Assembly (NCBI GenBank): GCA_030390025.1
Contig: CM059431.1
Location: 154,320,001 to 154,384,000 of the forward strand
Source of the DNA: Squalus acanthias
Taxonomy: Eukaryota
DNA length: 64,000 nucleotides
Direction of reading: 5' to 3'
The position numbers and the translations under genes are program-made. Shown in pieces: positions 39,272 to 52,281 of this stretch. Every line of letters starts with the position of its first letter. Within the stretch, counting starts at the first letter, position 1. The notes under the pieces are model-generated. The model was not told the origin of the DNA and made no database searches. It saw nothing but the letters and a program-made list of their open reading frames with translations.

Positions 39272-40294
39272 TTATGCAGGGCATTTGTGAGACTACATCT
39301 GGAGTACTGTGTACAGTATTGGTCTCCTTATTTATAAAAGGCTGTAAATACATTGGAAGCAGTTCAGAGAAAGTTTACTAGACTAATACCTGGAATGGGC
39401 GGGTTGTCTTATGAGGAAAGGTTGCACAGGCTGGGCTTGTATCTGCTGGAGTTTAAAGAGTAAGAAGTGATTTGATTGCAACATATAAGATCCTGAGGGG
39501 TCTTGAAAGGGTGGATTTGGAGAGCATGTTTCCTCTTGTGGCAGAATCTAGAACTAGGGGTCACTGTTTAAAAATAAGGGGTCGCCCATTTAAGACAGAG
39601 ATGAGGAGAAATTATTTCTCACTGAGGGTCGTGAGTCTTTGGAACTATCTTCCTCAGAGGGCGGTGGAAGCAGAGTCTTTGAATATTTTAAAGGCAGAGG
39701 CAGATAGATTCTTTATAAGCAAAGGTTGAAAGTTTATAGGGGTAGGTGGGGATGTGGAGTAATCAGATCAGCCATGATCTTTCTGAATGGCGGAGCAGGC
39801 TCGAGGGGCCGAGTGGCCTACTCTTGCTGCTAATTCGTATGTTCGTATTATTCAGTTTTGTGTGACATGGTCACTTGTTGAACTGATAGAACAACATCCA
39901 GTTAACAGTTAGCCCGACCAGAGCTCGAATTCTTCTCTGATAAACCTCTTGTACATACTTTATTTACCGTCATTTAGACGAGGTTCGGAAATATACAGGC
40001 AGCAAGAGCTAAAACGAGGTAACGGTCGCCTGACGAAAGATAAACGGTGAAAACAGCAGAAGAGATACAAATGTAGACTGAAAATTTGAGGTAGAAATAC
40101 GACAACCTAAAGGTAACACATCATAACTTTACAGAATTGGTTTAGATTATTTTGAGGTAAAAATATTATTGTGATGCCAACAGCACAAACCATGTTACAT
40201 AATTTTCAATGATTAATGATACTGAGATAACGGGAGAAAAATGCAAGTCTGTTCTTGCAGGTTTACGCCTAGTTCCATTGGAGCTGGGAGCATG

Positions 40295-41310
40295 ATGATT
40301 TCTTGGGACTGATTCAAAAAGTCCCTCATAATAAACTGTCAGCTAAAGTTGAAGCTTATGGAACTGACGACAAATTATTGACCTGGTTAGGAAATTGTCT
40401 GAGCTGCAGTGTACAGAGTGTATGGATAAATGGCAGGCAATCTAATTGGCAGGACGTGTTTCGTAGTATCCCACAGAGATCTGTATTGGCGCCTCAACCA
40501 ACCATCGTACTAATTATCGACTTTCATAATGGAATAGTGAGGAATATATCCAAGTTTTCCGATGACAAAAGCATCTGCGGCATTGTAAGCAGTGCAGATG
40601 GAAGCATAGAATTAAAAGAGCTATTAATATTAAGTGAATGGTCAAAACGGTGACAAATGGTTACAATGTAATAAAGTGTGAGCTCATCCACTTTTGACCT
40701 AAATAGGATAGATCACAGTACTTTCTAAGTGGTGTGAGGCTAAAATCAGTGAAGGTCCAAAGAGACTTAGTGGTCCATGTACAAACACCGTTAAAATGTC
40801 ACGGACAGGTGCAAAAACTAATCAAAACGTGTTATGGAAAGGTCGGCTTTATATTTAGAGGTCTCGAATACGAGGGTAGATTTTATGCTACAGCTAAACA
40901 AAGCTTTGGGTAGACCACATCTGGAGCACTGTAAGCAGTATCCAATCAGTTAAGGGGAACTGATTGTGTCGATAGAGATATTTTTTTTCTGCTGGGTTGG
41001 GAGTCTTGGACTAGGGGACATGGCCTAAAATTAGATGTAGGCCTCTCAGGACTACAGTTACCGAACACTTCTGCACGCAAAGAGTGGTAGAAGTTTTGAA
41101 CTCACTTCCACAAACAGTTGTTGATGATATATCAATTGTTAATCTAAAACCTGAGACTAATAGATTTTTTGCAAACCAAATATATTAATGGATATGTTGC
41201 AAAGACGATTATATGGAGTTAGGGCACAGATCAGCCACGATTGCATTGAATGGTGGAACACGCTCCAGGAGCTAAATTTCGTATTCCTGGTCCCAGGTTC
41301 CTATGTTCCT
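40295..41310 (+). mobile_element. Old CR1 RT/3' fragment
   Basis: KVPHNKL...KFSDDK; 3' UTR cagatcagccacgattgcattgaatgg. Confidence 0.82.
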
Positions 41311-42344
41311 ATTTTTGGAAAATGCGGAAATATCATCTCAGAAGAGATTCAGTTTCTTTTGAGGAAAATACAGTTGACATTAATGATGCAAAGGTAGCGA
41401 TAGTGCAATACAAATTGCATTTCCGTTGATGAAAGCTCTAGATCCTCCATATCCTGGGATTCACTCTCTAAACTATTCCGTCCCAGAAATTCGTCTCGGG
41501 CGGTGGCTACAAACGGGCATTGTCGGATCAACCGCCCGTTATACACAGCGCCTGATATTGAGTTCCAACCCTTTCTGAACCCCTGTTATCTCTTTTTGGA
41601 ACCCGATATGCGTCTTCTTGTCTCATTAAAACTTATTTCGGGCGCTTTGGATTATATACTTTTCCAAGTTAAAAGTGTCAAATAAATGCACGTTTCTGTA
41701 TTTGATAATTAGATATTTAATAGCTTTCCCCTATCACACTGAGGTTTATACCCAGGTATATTCAATCGTGAAACTGTACCAGGTATACTCATAATTTAAA
41801 CATTGTATTAGTAATTTCTTATAATTTTCTGTTGATATCAAAAACTTTTTTTCCAACGTTGTCTTCTTGTACTCTGTGCATTGACATCCAAGAAGTTTAG
41901 TGTGAGCACATTTGGCTTCACATTATTCCATTATTCAGTTCCCATATCCCAGTTTAGTTTTCTATCAAAGAAATAAATAAATAGCTTGCAGTTACTGTTT
42001 CATTGGTTTTAATCTATGTGTATTATTTATTAGCTCTTTTGGAAAATATTTAAACGTCACGTCTATGTAAAGTTCTCAGCAGCCTCTGGTGACCACAGGG
42101 CATTACATCTAACCTGGAGTCTCCGATCACCGTCCGAAACCATGTAGGGGGTGGTGTGGTAGGGTCAGCTTCACCTCTGACTCAGTGAGCGGTTTGAATC
42201 GCTCCCACGCACCTGGTACTAGACCTTGGACTTATTTGGTGGTCGTGAAAAAAGTTGCAGTTGACAACAGGTTTTGATGAAAGAATTTCGATCTTTATGC
42301 AAGAAAGTAAAACACAACACAAACACTCTTAACCCTCTAAAGGT

Positions 42345-43990
42345 CATGATGTGGTGATGCCGTTGTTGGGCTGGGGTGGACAAATGTGAGAAGTCGCACA
42401 ACACCAGGTTATAGTCCAACAGTTTTATTTGAAATAACAAGCTTTCGGAGCGCTGCTCCTTCGTCAGGTGAGGTGAAGAGATGTATATCGGCACAGCATA
42501 TATATTAAGAGAACACTAATTAATCTTTCTAACAGCCCTTTATCACACCTCGGAAGAGAGACAATCACGGCAATCAAAGGTGTGGATGGTGTTTATACAG
42601 GTCAGTCAGGAAAACATTACATCAAAGACAATGAGGTGGGGTCACAAGGGGTCAATTGTGGCAGATGCTGGTGTCTGTATGGAAAACAAAAAACTTTTTT
42701 TGCTGGAAATCACAGCAGGTCCGGCTGCATCTGTGTAGAGAGAACAAGCCAACGACGACTCGAGTCTGGATGACTCTACGTCAGGTGGGATTATATGAAG
42801 CGTGACATGAACCCAAGATCCCGGTTGAGGCCGTCCTCATGGGTGTTGAACTTGGCTATCAGTTTCTGCTCGACGATTCTGCGTTGCCGTGTGTCTCGAA
42901 GGCCGTCTTGGAGAATGCATACCCGAAGATCGGAGGCTGAATGTCCTTGACTGCTGAAGTGTGCCCCGACTGGGAGAGAACACTCCTGCCTGGCGATTGT
43001 TGCACAGTGTCCGTTCATATGTTGTCGCAGTGTCTGCATGGCCGCGACGATGTACCATGCTCCGGGGCATCCTTTCCTGCAACGTATGAGGTAGACAACA
43101 TTGGCCGAGTCACATGAGTATATACCATGTACCTGGTGGGTGGTGTCCTCGCGTGTGATGATGGTATCTGTGTTGATGATCAGGCATGTCCTGCAGAGGT
43201 TGCCGTGGCAGGGTTTTGTGGTGTCGTGTTCGCTGTTCTCCTTAAAGCTGGGTAATTTGCTGCGAACAATGGCCTGTTTGAGGTTAGTCAGCTGTTTCAA
43301 GGTGAGCAGTGGAGGTGTGGGGATGGCCTTAGCGAAGTGTTCGTCGTCATCGATGACATGTTGAAGGCTGCAAAGAACATGGCGTAGTTTCTCCGCTCCG
43401 GGGAAGTACTGGACTACGTAGGGTACTCTGTTGGTTGTGTCCCGTGTTCGTCTTCTGAGCAGGTCTATAGGATTTTTCGCTGTGGCCCGTCGGAGCAGAA
43501 ACTGATAGCCAAGTTGCACACCTATGAGGACGTCCTCAACCGGGATCTTGGGTTCATGTCACGCTACATGTAACCCCACCTGACCTAGAGTCATCCAGAC
43601 TCGTGTCGTCGTTGGCTTGTTCTCTCTACACAGATGCGGCCGGGCATGCTGTGATTTCCAGCAAATTTTTTTTTGTTTTCCATGCAGACACCAGCTTCTG
43701 CCACATTTGACCCCTTGTGACACCACCTCATTGTCTTTGAAGTAACCTTTTCCTGACTGATCTGTTTGGACACCATTCACACCTTTGATTGCCGTGATTG
43801 TCTCTCTGCCGAGGTGTGATAAAGGGCAGTTAGAAAGATTAACTTTAATCGTCTGGCAGTGTTCTCTGACTACATATACTGTGTCGATATACATCTCTTC
43901 ACTTCAACTGACGAAGGAGCAGCGCTCCGAAAGATTGTGATTTCAAATAAAACTGTTGGACTATAACCTGGTGTTGTGCGAATTCTCACA
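42345..43990 (-). mobile_element. Penelope-like element with inverted pLTRs, inserted in the LTR
   Basis: ORF 42791..43519 (RVPYVVQY, NVVYLIRC, GLNRD); 43490-43990 is an inverted copy of about 42385-42870; 10-bp TSD ctctaaaggt. Confidence 0.94.
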
Positions 43991-45727
43991 CTCTAAAGGT
44001 AGGGAACACTTCGGTACACGCGAGGGAAATAACTTTAGAAGAATACTTCACCCCTCCCAATCCCACTTCACGAGCTAGGTTGGACTCTGCAGAACCAGGG
44101 ATAATGCTCACCAAACGAATCGTTGGCAGTTGAGAGTTAGGGTTTAGAGTATTTTGAGTAAAAGGTTTCATAAGGGCCTTGTTGCCGCGAGGTGTCCGAT
44201 GGTCACTGAGGCGGTCGCTCTGGTCTCTTCTTGCGTGTCGGCCTACTTCTGGAGCTGTTGGCTTTCTTTGTTGAACTGCTTTATGTTTAAACTGTCTTGT
44301 TCCGAGCTGTGGAACTGCCTTATTGCAGAACTGTGGAAACTGCCTTCTGCCTGCTTGTTGAACTTGAACTGTTTTACTGGAGAACTGGAGAACTCGCTCT
44401 TTACTGAACTGTTTTCTTTAACTACCCAACTTGCTTTTCCTGAACTCTGTAATTACAGCACTGACTTCTGCTGAAAACGGGCTTTCAAATTGAACTCCAA
44501 AACTGCAGAACAGCCTCCTGTTGAACTTGAACTGTTGTAACTCCTGAACTGCTTGATGGGCCTTCAATTATTTTAAATTGAAGTGGCCTTATCAAAACCA
44601 ATCCAAATTATTGTAAGACCTCGTTAACAGTAACGACTTTACTAGCGTGTTACCTGGTTTTGTAAATGTGTGAAGTGGTTTTCAGGATAGCTCCATCTTG
44701 TCGATCTGTTTTTTACTGGGTTCTGAAATCGATTTGATGGGACCTGTTGTTTTGGGTGGGGCTGTCTCCTCCTAGGGTCTATTGTCAAGATGTTAATACT
44801 TTCTGGGGCTTGAGTGAGGTCATCCCGATTCCCCAGAAAATGCTATTTAACCGCAATACCCAAAACTGCTTTTGCGGAGGTCGAACCCAACTTCCTTCAC
44901 AGCCTTTTCACCCTTCACAGGCCCAGACATGCTTTTAAAATGCCAAACTTTGGTTTTTGGCCTTACACTCTCTTAGGTTAGGCACAAATGCATTTTTATC
45001 ACACCGAGGGAGTTACAAAGTTCTTTTTCCTTAGGTTTTGGGGATGTGAAAATTTTGGAAACCTTTCATTCCCCCCTTCGATACTTTACCTCACTACAGT
45101 ATCCTTGTGGGTGGACAAAATTCCTGATCCCCAAAGACCAAACCTTCCACTGTATTACCTAAACTAAAACCCAAAAACATACATTCCCCTTTTTGGTGCA
45201 GTGTTCCAATACATACAGGTAAGCATGAATAATACATACACATCCAAGCCCGGAGGGGGTCCTACACCCCTACACCACTTGGAAAATTATAGTACATACA
45301 TAGTAAAAATGATACACGATCACAAACTTTATTCATTTTAATAAAAACAAATTAAGGCTCGCCCTTAACCTGGCCATAGGCTTCATTGCAATGCTGGTCC
45401 CATGCTTTCTCACGTCGGCATCGGAGTACTCTGTCCTTTCCCTTGCATTTTGTGCACAGCAAGTCACCGATGCTCACCCCTACCAGGGCGAGGAGGAGCA
45501 GAACCTTTCTAATGCCGATTTCCTCTCTGTAGGGACACACAAAACAGATAGCCATGTCCCGAGAAGGTTCTTTGACTTGACAGGTGATCGAGTCTCGAAA
45601 ATTTAAATTTACTTAAGTAAAATCTTAAAACTAGAATTCTTATAAATCCTAAAACTTCCAAAACTATTAAAAAAACACTTAAAATACTAAACTCTGTACA
45701 TTCGCCGCCCGTCTCTGGACGGCAGGG

Positions 45728-48570
45728 CTAATCCCTGTTCGGGCTCTGCCTTTTGCTGCTTTTGGGCAGCTGGTAAGGTGGCCTGTACCGCAGGACCCTG
45801 AGAGTCCTTCTTCTAAAGCACACTGCCCCCTTTGTTGTGGCTGCTTCTGAGTCCCTGTCCTGTCCTGTGGGTTTCGCGCAGCCTGACACCGCAGGCTGGG
45901 GACCCTTCTTGTGTTCCTGGCTCACAGCTGCTTCTGTGAGACCCTCTCTGCAGGAGGCTGTAGGCTGGGGATCCCTGTCCTTAGACTGATCCCTGAGCTT
46001 GGGCTTTTCTTTACGGGTTACAACCCTCTTTGCGTGGAACCATTTAAACTGATACACTGGAGACCAGGATGGTTTATGCTGTGGTGTGCGGGGGGACCTT
46101 CTTTGGACTCTAGCCACTGGGGGAGTGCCTGTGTCCCACATAATCGATGGATTAAACCCTTCTGTGATACAAGCCCCTGTCCACGTCGCTGCAGTCTGTG
46201 AGTCTGCCACAGCTGCTGGCTGGGGATTTCCATCTTCAGGCTGTACATCTTCCAAACCTGTGTCGGGGTCAGGTAACTCTCTGCAGCCTAATGCTGCGGG
46301 CTGGGGGTCTCTGCCCTCAGGTCCCACCAACTCTAAATCCCAGAGGAGTGGGGGAGTGTTCCCAACGGTGGGTGGGATGGCCCTTCCCTTAAGACAGGTC
46401 ACTGCACCTGCTTGTGCAGTCTGTGGCTTTGCTCCTGCTGCAGACTGAGGATTTCTATCCTGTTTTATTTTGGGCAACTCTGCTACGATGGCTTGCAACT
46501 GCGGGGTGGTGAATTCCCCCGGGATTGTTAAGCAAACCATCTCTCTGGCTTTCGATAGGGCTTGGGTCAGACCTTTTATCCTTTCCTCACAGGGCCCATG
46601 GTTTAAATCCTCATACCCCCTGCTCCTGGCTACCCTGTATGCTGCCTTTATGTCTCCAAGCTGCCCTTCGAGCCCATCTACTTTACCCGTTAATCGGGTG
46701 TTCTCCTCCCGTAAGGCCTGCTCATTTAACCTGGCCTCGTTACGGGAGGTCTCTTCCTGTGCGTGTCTTTCAGGAGGACACAGGTTGACAGGCTGCGCTG
46801 GTTCGAGTCATAGGTCTGGGTTGTATAGGACAAATGGGGTCAGAGCACCGGTGGTTGCTGCTACCTTCCCTGGGCAAGTCAATATGGTCCTCATGGCGTC
46901 CAAAAATGGCTCGACCGTGGCGGGAGGGATCCCTGTCTCTGCCTTTTGGGCTAGGGCTAAGGAATTATTTCCCTTGTTATCCTTACAACGATTCTTACAC
47001 TCCTTCCTCCAGTGTCCATCCTTCCCACACCCATAACTGTTAAGCTTTGTGCTTGCAGGGTTATTCCCTTCCTGATGCCACTCCTTCCTACGCTGGCCGG
47101 GTTTTATTTCATGCACTTTCCCTTTTGGTGCGGGCTCTTCAGCCCCTCTACCGTTCCGCTATGCCAGGTTCAGCTGTCTGACACTGCCTCCTCGTTGACC
47201 CAGGGGTCTCTCGGGTCAAACCAAAGCTCAGCCTTGGTTTTGATGCCTGGCAAGCTTTTTGCCACTCGGCTTCGGAGCCAGCGGGCCAGCTCATTCCGTT
47301 TCATGCTCGCTCGATCGAGATCCCCATTACAAACACCCCTGTACACAGGTCACAGCCTGTCTGCGAAAGCCTGTGGGGTCTCCCCTGCGAGCTGCACTGT
47401 CTTCTCCACCCGAGAGAATGGACCACCCTCATTCATCCCCATTGACTGTAAAACTTCCTCTCTGATGGCAGCATAGCCATTCTGTCCTCTCTTGCTCTCA
47501 GCAGAGAGGGACTGGTATAACTTACCATCCAGTGAGAACAGGAGCATTTTTGCCATATCGGCATCATCACAGTCATTGATGCCTGCTGACTGTTCCACTT
47601 TTATGAAGTGAACTGATTGGTCCCCCTGTTGGGGAAGTTTACTCAAGTGGCTTACCATAGCCCTGAGCTATTGGGTACCGTGGGGAACTACGAATTGGTT
47701 TTGGAGTGGTCCCCCCTCCCCGTTATCAGCGGGTGGACCAAACACTTGCTGCCGGGCCGGGCACATCGGCCCCGGTCCCAGCCTCTCTTGCGGGGGGTTT
47801 TCCACCTCAGCTTCTGCCCCTAACTCCACCCCCCTTTCTTGCGAGACTTCGCTAAAGGTTGGCGCTATGGGTGGTGGTCGTGGACCCTCCTGCTCCTCAG
47901 CCGGGTCGTGCCTTGGCACTATCTGTGGTTGTCTGAACCGTTCTCCCCAGGTTCCCTGGAAAGTCGACCTGTGCTGCACTCGGGCTTATGAGGCACACTA
48001 TGCCTTTTGCCTTCCTTAGAGCAATGCTCAGATCTCTATCTGCTTCTGGCAGGGGCCATGGTCTTCATCATCAAACCCCTGTGCGCTCACTACCTTATAC
48101 GCTACCTGTAAGACTTTTATTGTCTCCTCCTGCTCTCTTACTTGTTTTGCCAGGCTGCATTCTTTTCCCGGAACCTCTGATCATTTTTCTTGACCTGTGA
48201 CCTGTCACTGTAAATATTCCTGCCGGGTCTTATGCTCCCCCACTAACTGCTCCCTTTTGCTGGTTTAGAGCCTGCAATGATAACAGTAACGTCTCCCCTG
48301 CTAGTTCTTTTGTTTGGACTTCCAGGGATGACTCCCGAATCTCGGCTGCCTGTGCTTCAACGAGTCTGTCCAAAAGTTAAATCTGTTTCTTGAAGCACAT
48401 CAGCCAGACTGCCTTTTCTAAGGAATTTTTATGATCCTTCCCTTCTGTTCATTTAGCTGCAGCATCTACCGTGCGCCCAGACTTTAACAGATTAGTGACC
48501 CACTTCTTTTCCATATTCACCTTGCTGAATACATAAGCTGAAATCCTCTCTTCCATTACAGTACTCTCTT
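45728..48570 (-). pseudogene. Disrupted gag-like ORF with long C-terminal extension
   Basis: Capsid-like segment ...GETPQAFADRL (47350..47658); knuckle YGCGKDGHWRKEC (46808..47116); same frame continues past one TGA to 45728. Confidence 0.75.
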
Positions 48571-50556
48571 CCGAATCATTGTCTACTGCTTCACAAGCCT
48601 TTTGCCAAGTTCGTGCCACGGTCGCCATTTTGTAGGGGGTGACGTGGTAGGGGTCATCCTCACCTCTGACTCAGTGAGCGGTTCGAATAGCTCCCACGCC
48701 CCTGCTTCTAGACCTTGGACTTATTTGGGGTTTGTGAACAAAGGTGCAGTAGACAACAGGTTTTGATGAAATAATTTCGATCTTTATTCAAGAAAGTAAA
48801 AGTCAACACAAAACGTCTTAACACTCTAAATGTGGGTAACACTTCGGTACAAGCGAGGGAAATAACTTTAGAAAAATACTTCAACCCTCCCAATTCCACT
48901 TCACTAGCTAGGTTGGACTCTGGAGAACCAGGGATAATGCTCACCAAACGAATCCTTGGCAGTTGAGAGTTAGGGTTTAGAGTATTTTGAGTAAACAGTT
49001 TCGTAAGGCCCTTGTTGATGCGAGGTGTCTGATGGTCACTGAGGCGGTCGCTCTGGTCTCTTCTTGCGTGTCGGCCTATTTCTGGAGCTGTTGGCTTTCT
49101 TTGTTGAACTGCTTTCTGTTTAAACTGTCTTGTTCCGAGCTTTGGAACTGCATTCTTGCAGAACTGTGGAACTGCCTTCTGCCTGCTTGTTGAACTTGAA
49201 CTGTTAAACTGGAGAACTGGAGAACTCCCTTCTTACTGAACTGTCTACTTTAACAACCCAACTTGCTTCTCCTGAACTCTGTATTTCCAGCACTGACTTC
49301 TGCTGAAAACAGGCTTTCAAATTGAACTCCAAAACTGCAGAACTGTCTCCTGTTGAACTTGAACTGTTGTAACTTCTGAACTGCTTGATGGGCCTTCAAT
49401 TATACTAAATTGAAGTGGCCTTATCAAAACCAAATCAAATTTTATAAGACCGCGTTAACAGTAACGTCTTTACTCGCGTGTTAACTGGTTTTGTAAATGT
49501 GTGAATTGGTTTTCAGGATAGCTCCATCCTGTCGATCTGTTGTTTAATGGGTTCTGTAATCGCTTTGATGGGACCTGTTGTTTTGGGTGGGGCAGTCTCC
49601 TCCTAGAGTCTATTGTCAAAATGTTAAAACTTGCCGGAACTTGAGTGATGTCATCCCGATTTCCAGACAATGCTATTTTACTGCAATACCCAAAACTGCT
49701 TTTGCAGAGGTCGAACCCAACTTTCATCACAGCGCTTTCTCCCTTCAAACGCCCAGACATGCTTTTAAACTGCCAAAACTTGATTTTTCGTCTTACAATC
49801 TCTTAGGTTAGGCCCAAAGGCATTTTTATCACTCTGAGGTAGTTCCGATGTCCTTTTCCTTAGGTTTTGGGGCTCTGCAAATTTAGGAAACCTTACAAAC
49901 ATTATAGGTTAATTCTATGGACATACACTTCAATATAAATATTTGCTTCTACATATACTTGCTTTTGGGAGCTGATGACTCGATTCCTCAAACGACCTTT
50001 GGACACCGCCCTTTATAAACTCCAGCTTCTCCAGAGTTCTATTTCTAAAATTCAGCCTCAGTTCCATGTATCCATAATCTCCTACATTAATGACATACAT
50101 CACTTCTTATCCCAAATTGACCATTTGTGAAATCCTCCTCCTCATCTACAAATCCCTCTTTGGTCTAGCCCACTTTTCTTCTACAGTCTTCTTTCGCATA
50201 TCTTCAATTACACTCCTAACCCTACTCTCCCCTTGCTGTGGTCCCAAGTGTATGGTATTCTCTGCTACGTACTACAGGCAAAAGGTTCAGCCAAACTGAC
50301 TGTGTCTTCGTTCCTATGGGCTTCCATTTCATTACTTCTTGCTTACTTTAAACAGCCTCCAACTGTTGTAAGATCTGGGCCAATTCTCTGATCTCTACCA
50401 AAAATAGGCAGCTTTAATGCTGATTCCTCCTCTGTGAGGCGCCATAGGTCCTTTCACTGTCCTAAATACATGCTGTTGCTATAGCAGTTATTCAGAGTAC
50501 TCATTGTCTCATAGAGGACACTATATATTAATATTTTCTCATTTACATCTTGACAG

Positions 50557-50725
50557 AAAATACATATACTAGAATCTTACTAATGTTGGCGAGCTACACT
50601 GATATCCAGCTGCGGAGCATTATAGAGCGCTACCGTCAGAGACTAGAACATTCCATTGAAGAATTCGTGGAGGACGTTAGTCATCGCTACTAGAAGCAAA
50701 CGTGTTTAATGAAACAGACCATAAG
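50557..50725 (+). pseudogene. Candidate exon C: death-fold/CARD-like first half, with 1-nt frameshift
   Basis: tttacatcttgacag|...|gtatgc; (E)NTYTRILLMLASYTDIQLRSIIERYRQRLEHSIEEFVEDVS-fs-SLLEANVFNETDHK; 169 nt versus 170 for B1 and B2. Confidence 0.75.
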
Positions 50726-52281
50726 GTATGCTACATATATTTTGGAATCGTGTAGTGTTAAATGAGTTAGACGATTGCCTGTTTTAATTAAATTCATTTC
50801 GAGGAAGCCAACGATATAAACAGTGCGCAAAGCTCTACTGGTTTAACTTCAATACTGACGCTGAAATTTTGACCAGTTTCAGTATAAACATTGTTTAAAG
50901 TGTTCTTCTGTGAAATCTCTCTGATAAATTAATTTGTTGAAAATTTCAATTAATATATTATTTAATCAGAGAACAGCATCTCCTGGTATAACCAGGAGTT
51001 CATTATGACAATGGCCTACGTCCTACTATCATAAGTTGCTTCATCAATGAACTTCCCACATAAGATCAGAATTTGGGCTTTTTGCTGATGAATGTAATTT
51101 TCAGCTCCATTCACAACTCCTCAGTCAATGACGCAGTCCATGCCCGCATGCAACAGCACCTGAACAATATGCAGGTTTGGGCGGAAAAATTCAAGTAATA
51201 TTCATGTCACACAAGTGCCAGGCGATATCCATCTCCAAAAATAAATTCTCTAAACACCTCCCCTTGAACGTCACTGGCATTGCCATCGACGAATCCGCAA
51301 CCATCAATATGCTAGTGTCACCTCTAAACCAGCTCTGCCAAGCGTCTTTAAGTTAAGGTAATTCCAGTGACCGTATTTCTGCAGGCATACGGTTTGCTGC
51401 AGTTTCTGAAAGCGGACATAGATGGCATCCTATACATGGAACAATTAATCCAAATTGCAGGATTGCAAGGAACACGCTAAGGCACATTGCAATGAATAAT
51501 TAATAAGAAACCACTAGCACCGCAAGCATCACGGGTTAGCAGAGCATTCCCAGTGGAAATCGTAGAGTTAGACAAAACTAGTAACAGCCCCATATATCTA
51601 ATCTCAGGAGAAGAAATTTACTGTCAAATCAAAGCTAAAGTGTCGGTCACGGCAGAGAGTTTCTGTTTGTTATTTATCAAAGCAAGCGTGCGTTCCCATT
51701 AAATTATGCGATTGGTGCGAGTCACTGCCGGTGGAACGAATTTATAGAACGTTTTACTCAACATATCCAAGTCGTTGCTTCGATTTCTCTTCTCCTTCGA
51801 ACTTCAACGCATGACTACTTCTCTCTGCCTTTCAAAAACTTTCCCTGCCATTGTTACTACTTCTAATTTACAACCGCACACAATCTTCATTATTTCACGT
51901 GTCGCCAAGAACTCGCAAAATTCATCCAGTCCATGGATTACGCAAACTTCTGCCTTGACTCCAGGAGAGCTCAGGTCACGCCCCTTCCTCGGCCCAATGC
52001 ACAAGGAGATCAACAATACCGGCCACTTATGTTAAGACTGCCATATTGTCACATAAAAGAATCGCTTGTCTCAACTGTGATGTCTATCTGCTTCCTTTTC
52101 CAATACTTCCTAGAGTTACGTAACACATATATTAATAAAGTATAGTGAATACATCTGGTTCGCTGAAGGCACCGATAGTCCTGTGATGTGCTAGGAAGTT
52201 ATGATACAGTAACAGCTATGTGGCTTACGTAAGGGCAGGGCTAATAGCTGGGAGCTAAAATGACCTGTTACACAAGATAAT

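Larger units (their letters stand above)
36480..39850 (+). mobile_element. CR1 ORF2 + 3' UTR, interrupted by two Penelope-like insertions
   Basis: 37039..37740 KSPGPDGLHPRVLKE; 37801..38001 SGVPQGSVL, FADDTK; 39472..39729. Confidence 0.92.
42143..49897 (-). mobile_element. LTR element with approximately 1.27-kb LTRs, gag-like internal region and no recognisable pol/env
   Basis: LTRs 48631-49897 and 42143-45068 (the latter interrupted by a PLE), TG...CA; PBS minus TGGCGACCGTGGCA at 48614-48627; PPT minus GAAGGGGGGAA at 45069-45079; TSD unclear (aacca/aacat). Confidence 0.9.

Noticed and set aside
39979..40111. Possible exon (tcatttag...AAAG|gtaaca)
   Set aside because: Stops in all three frames over the full span and no recognisable homology
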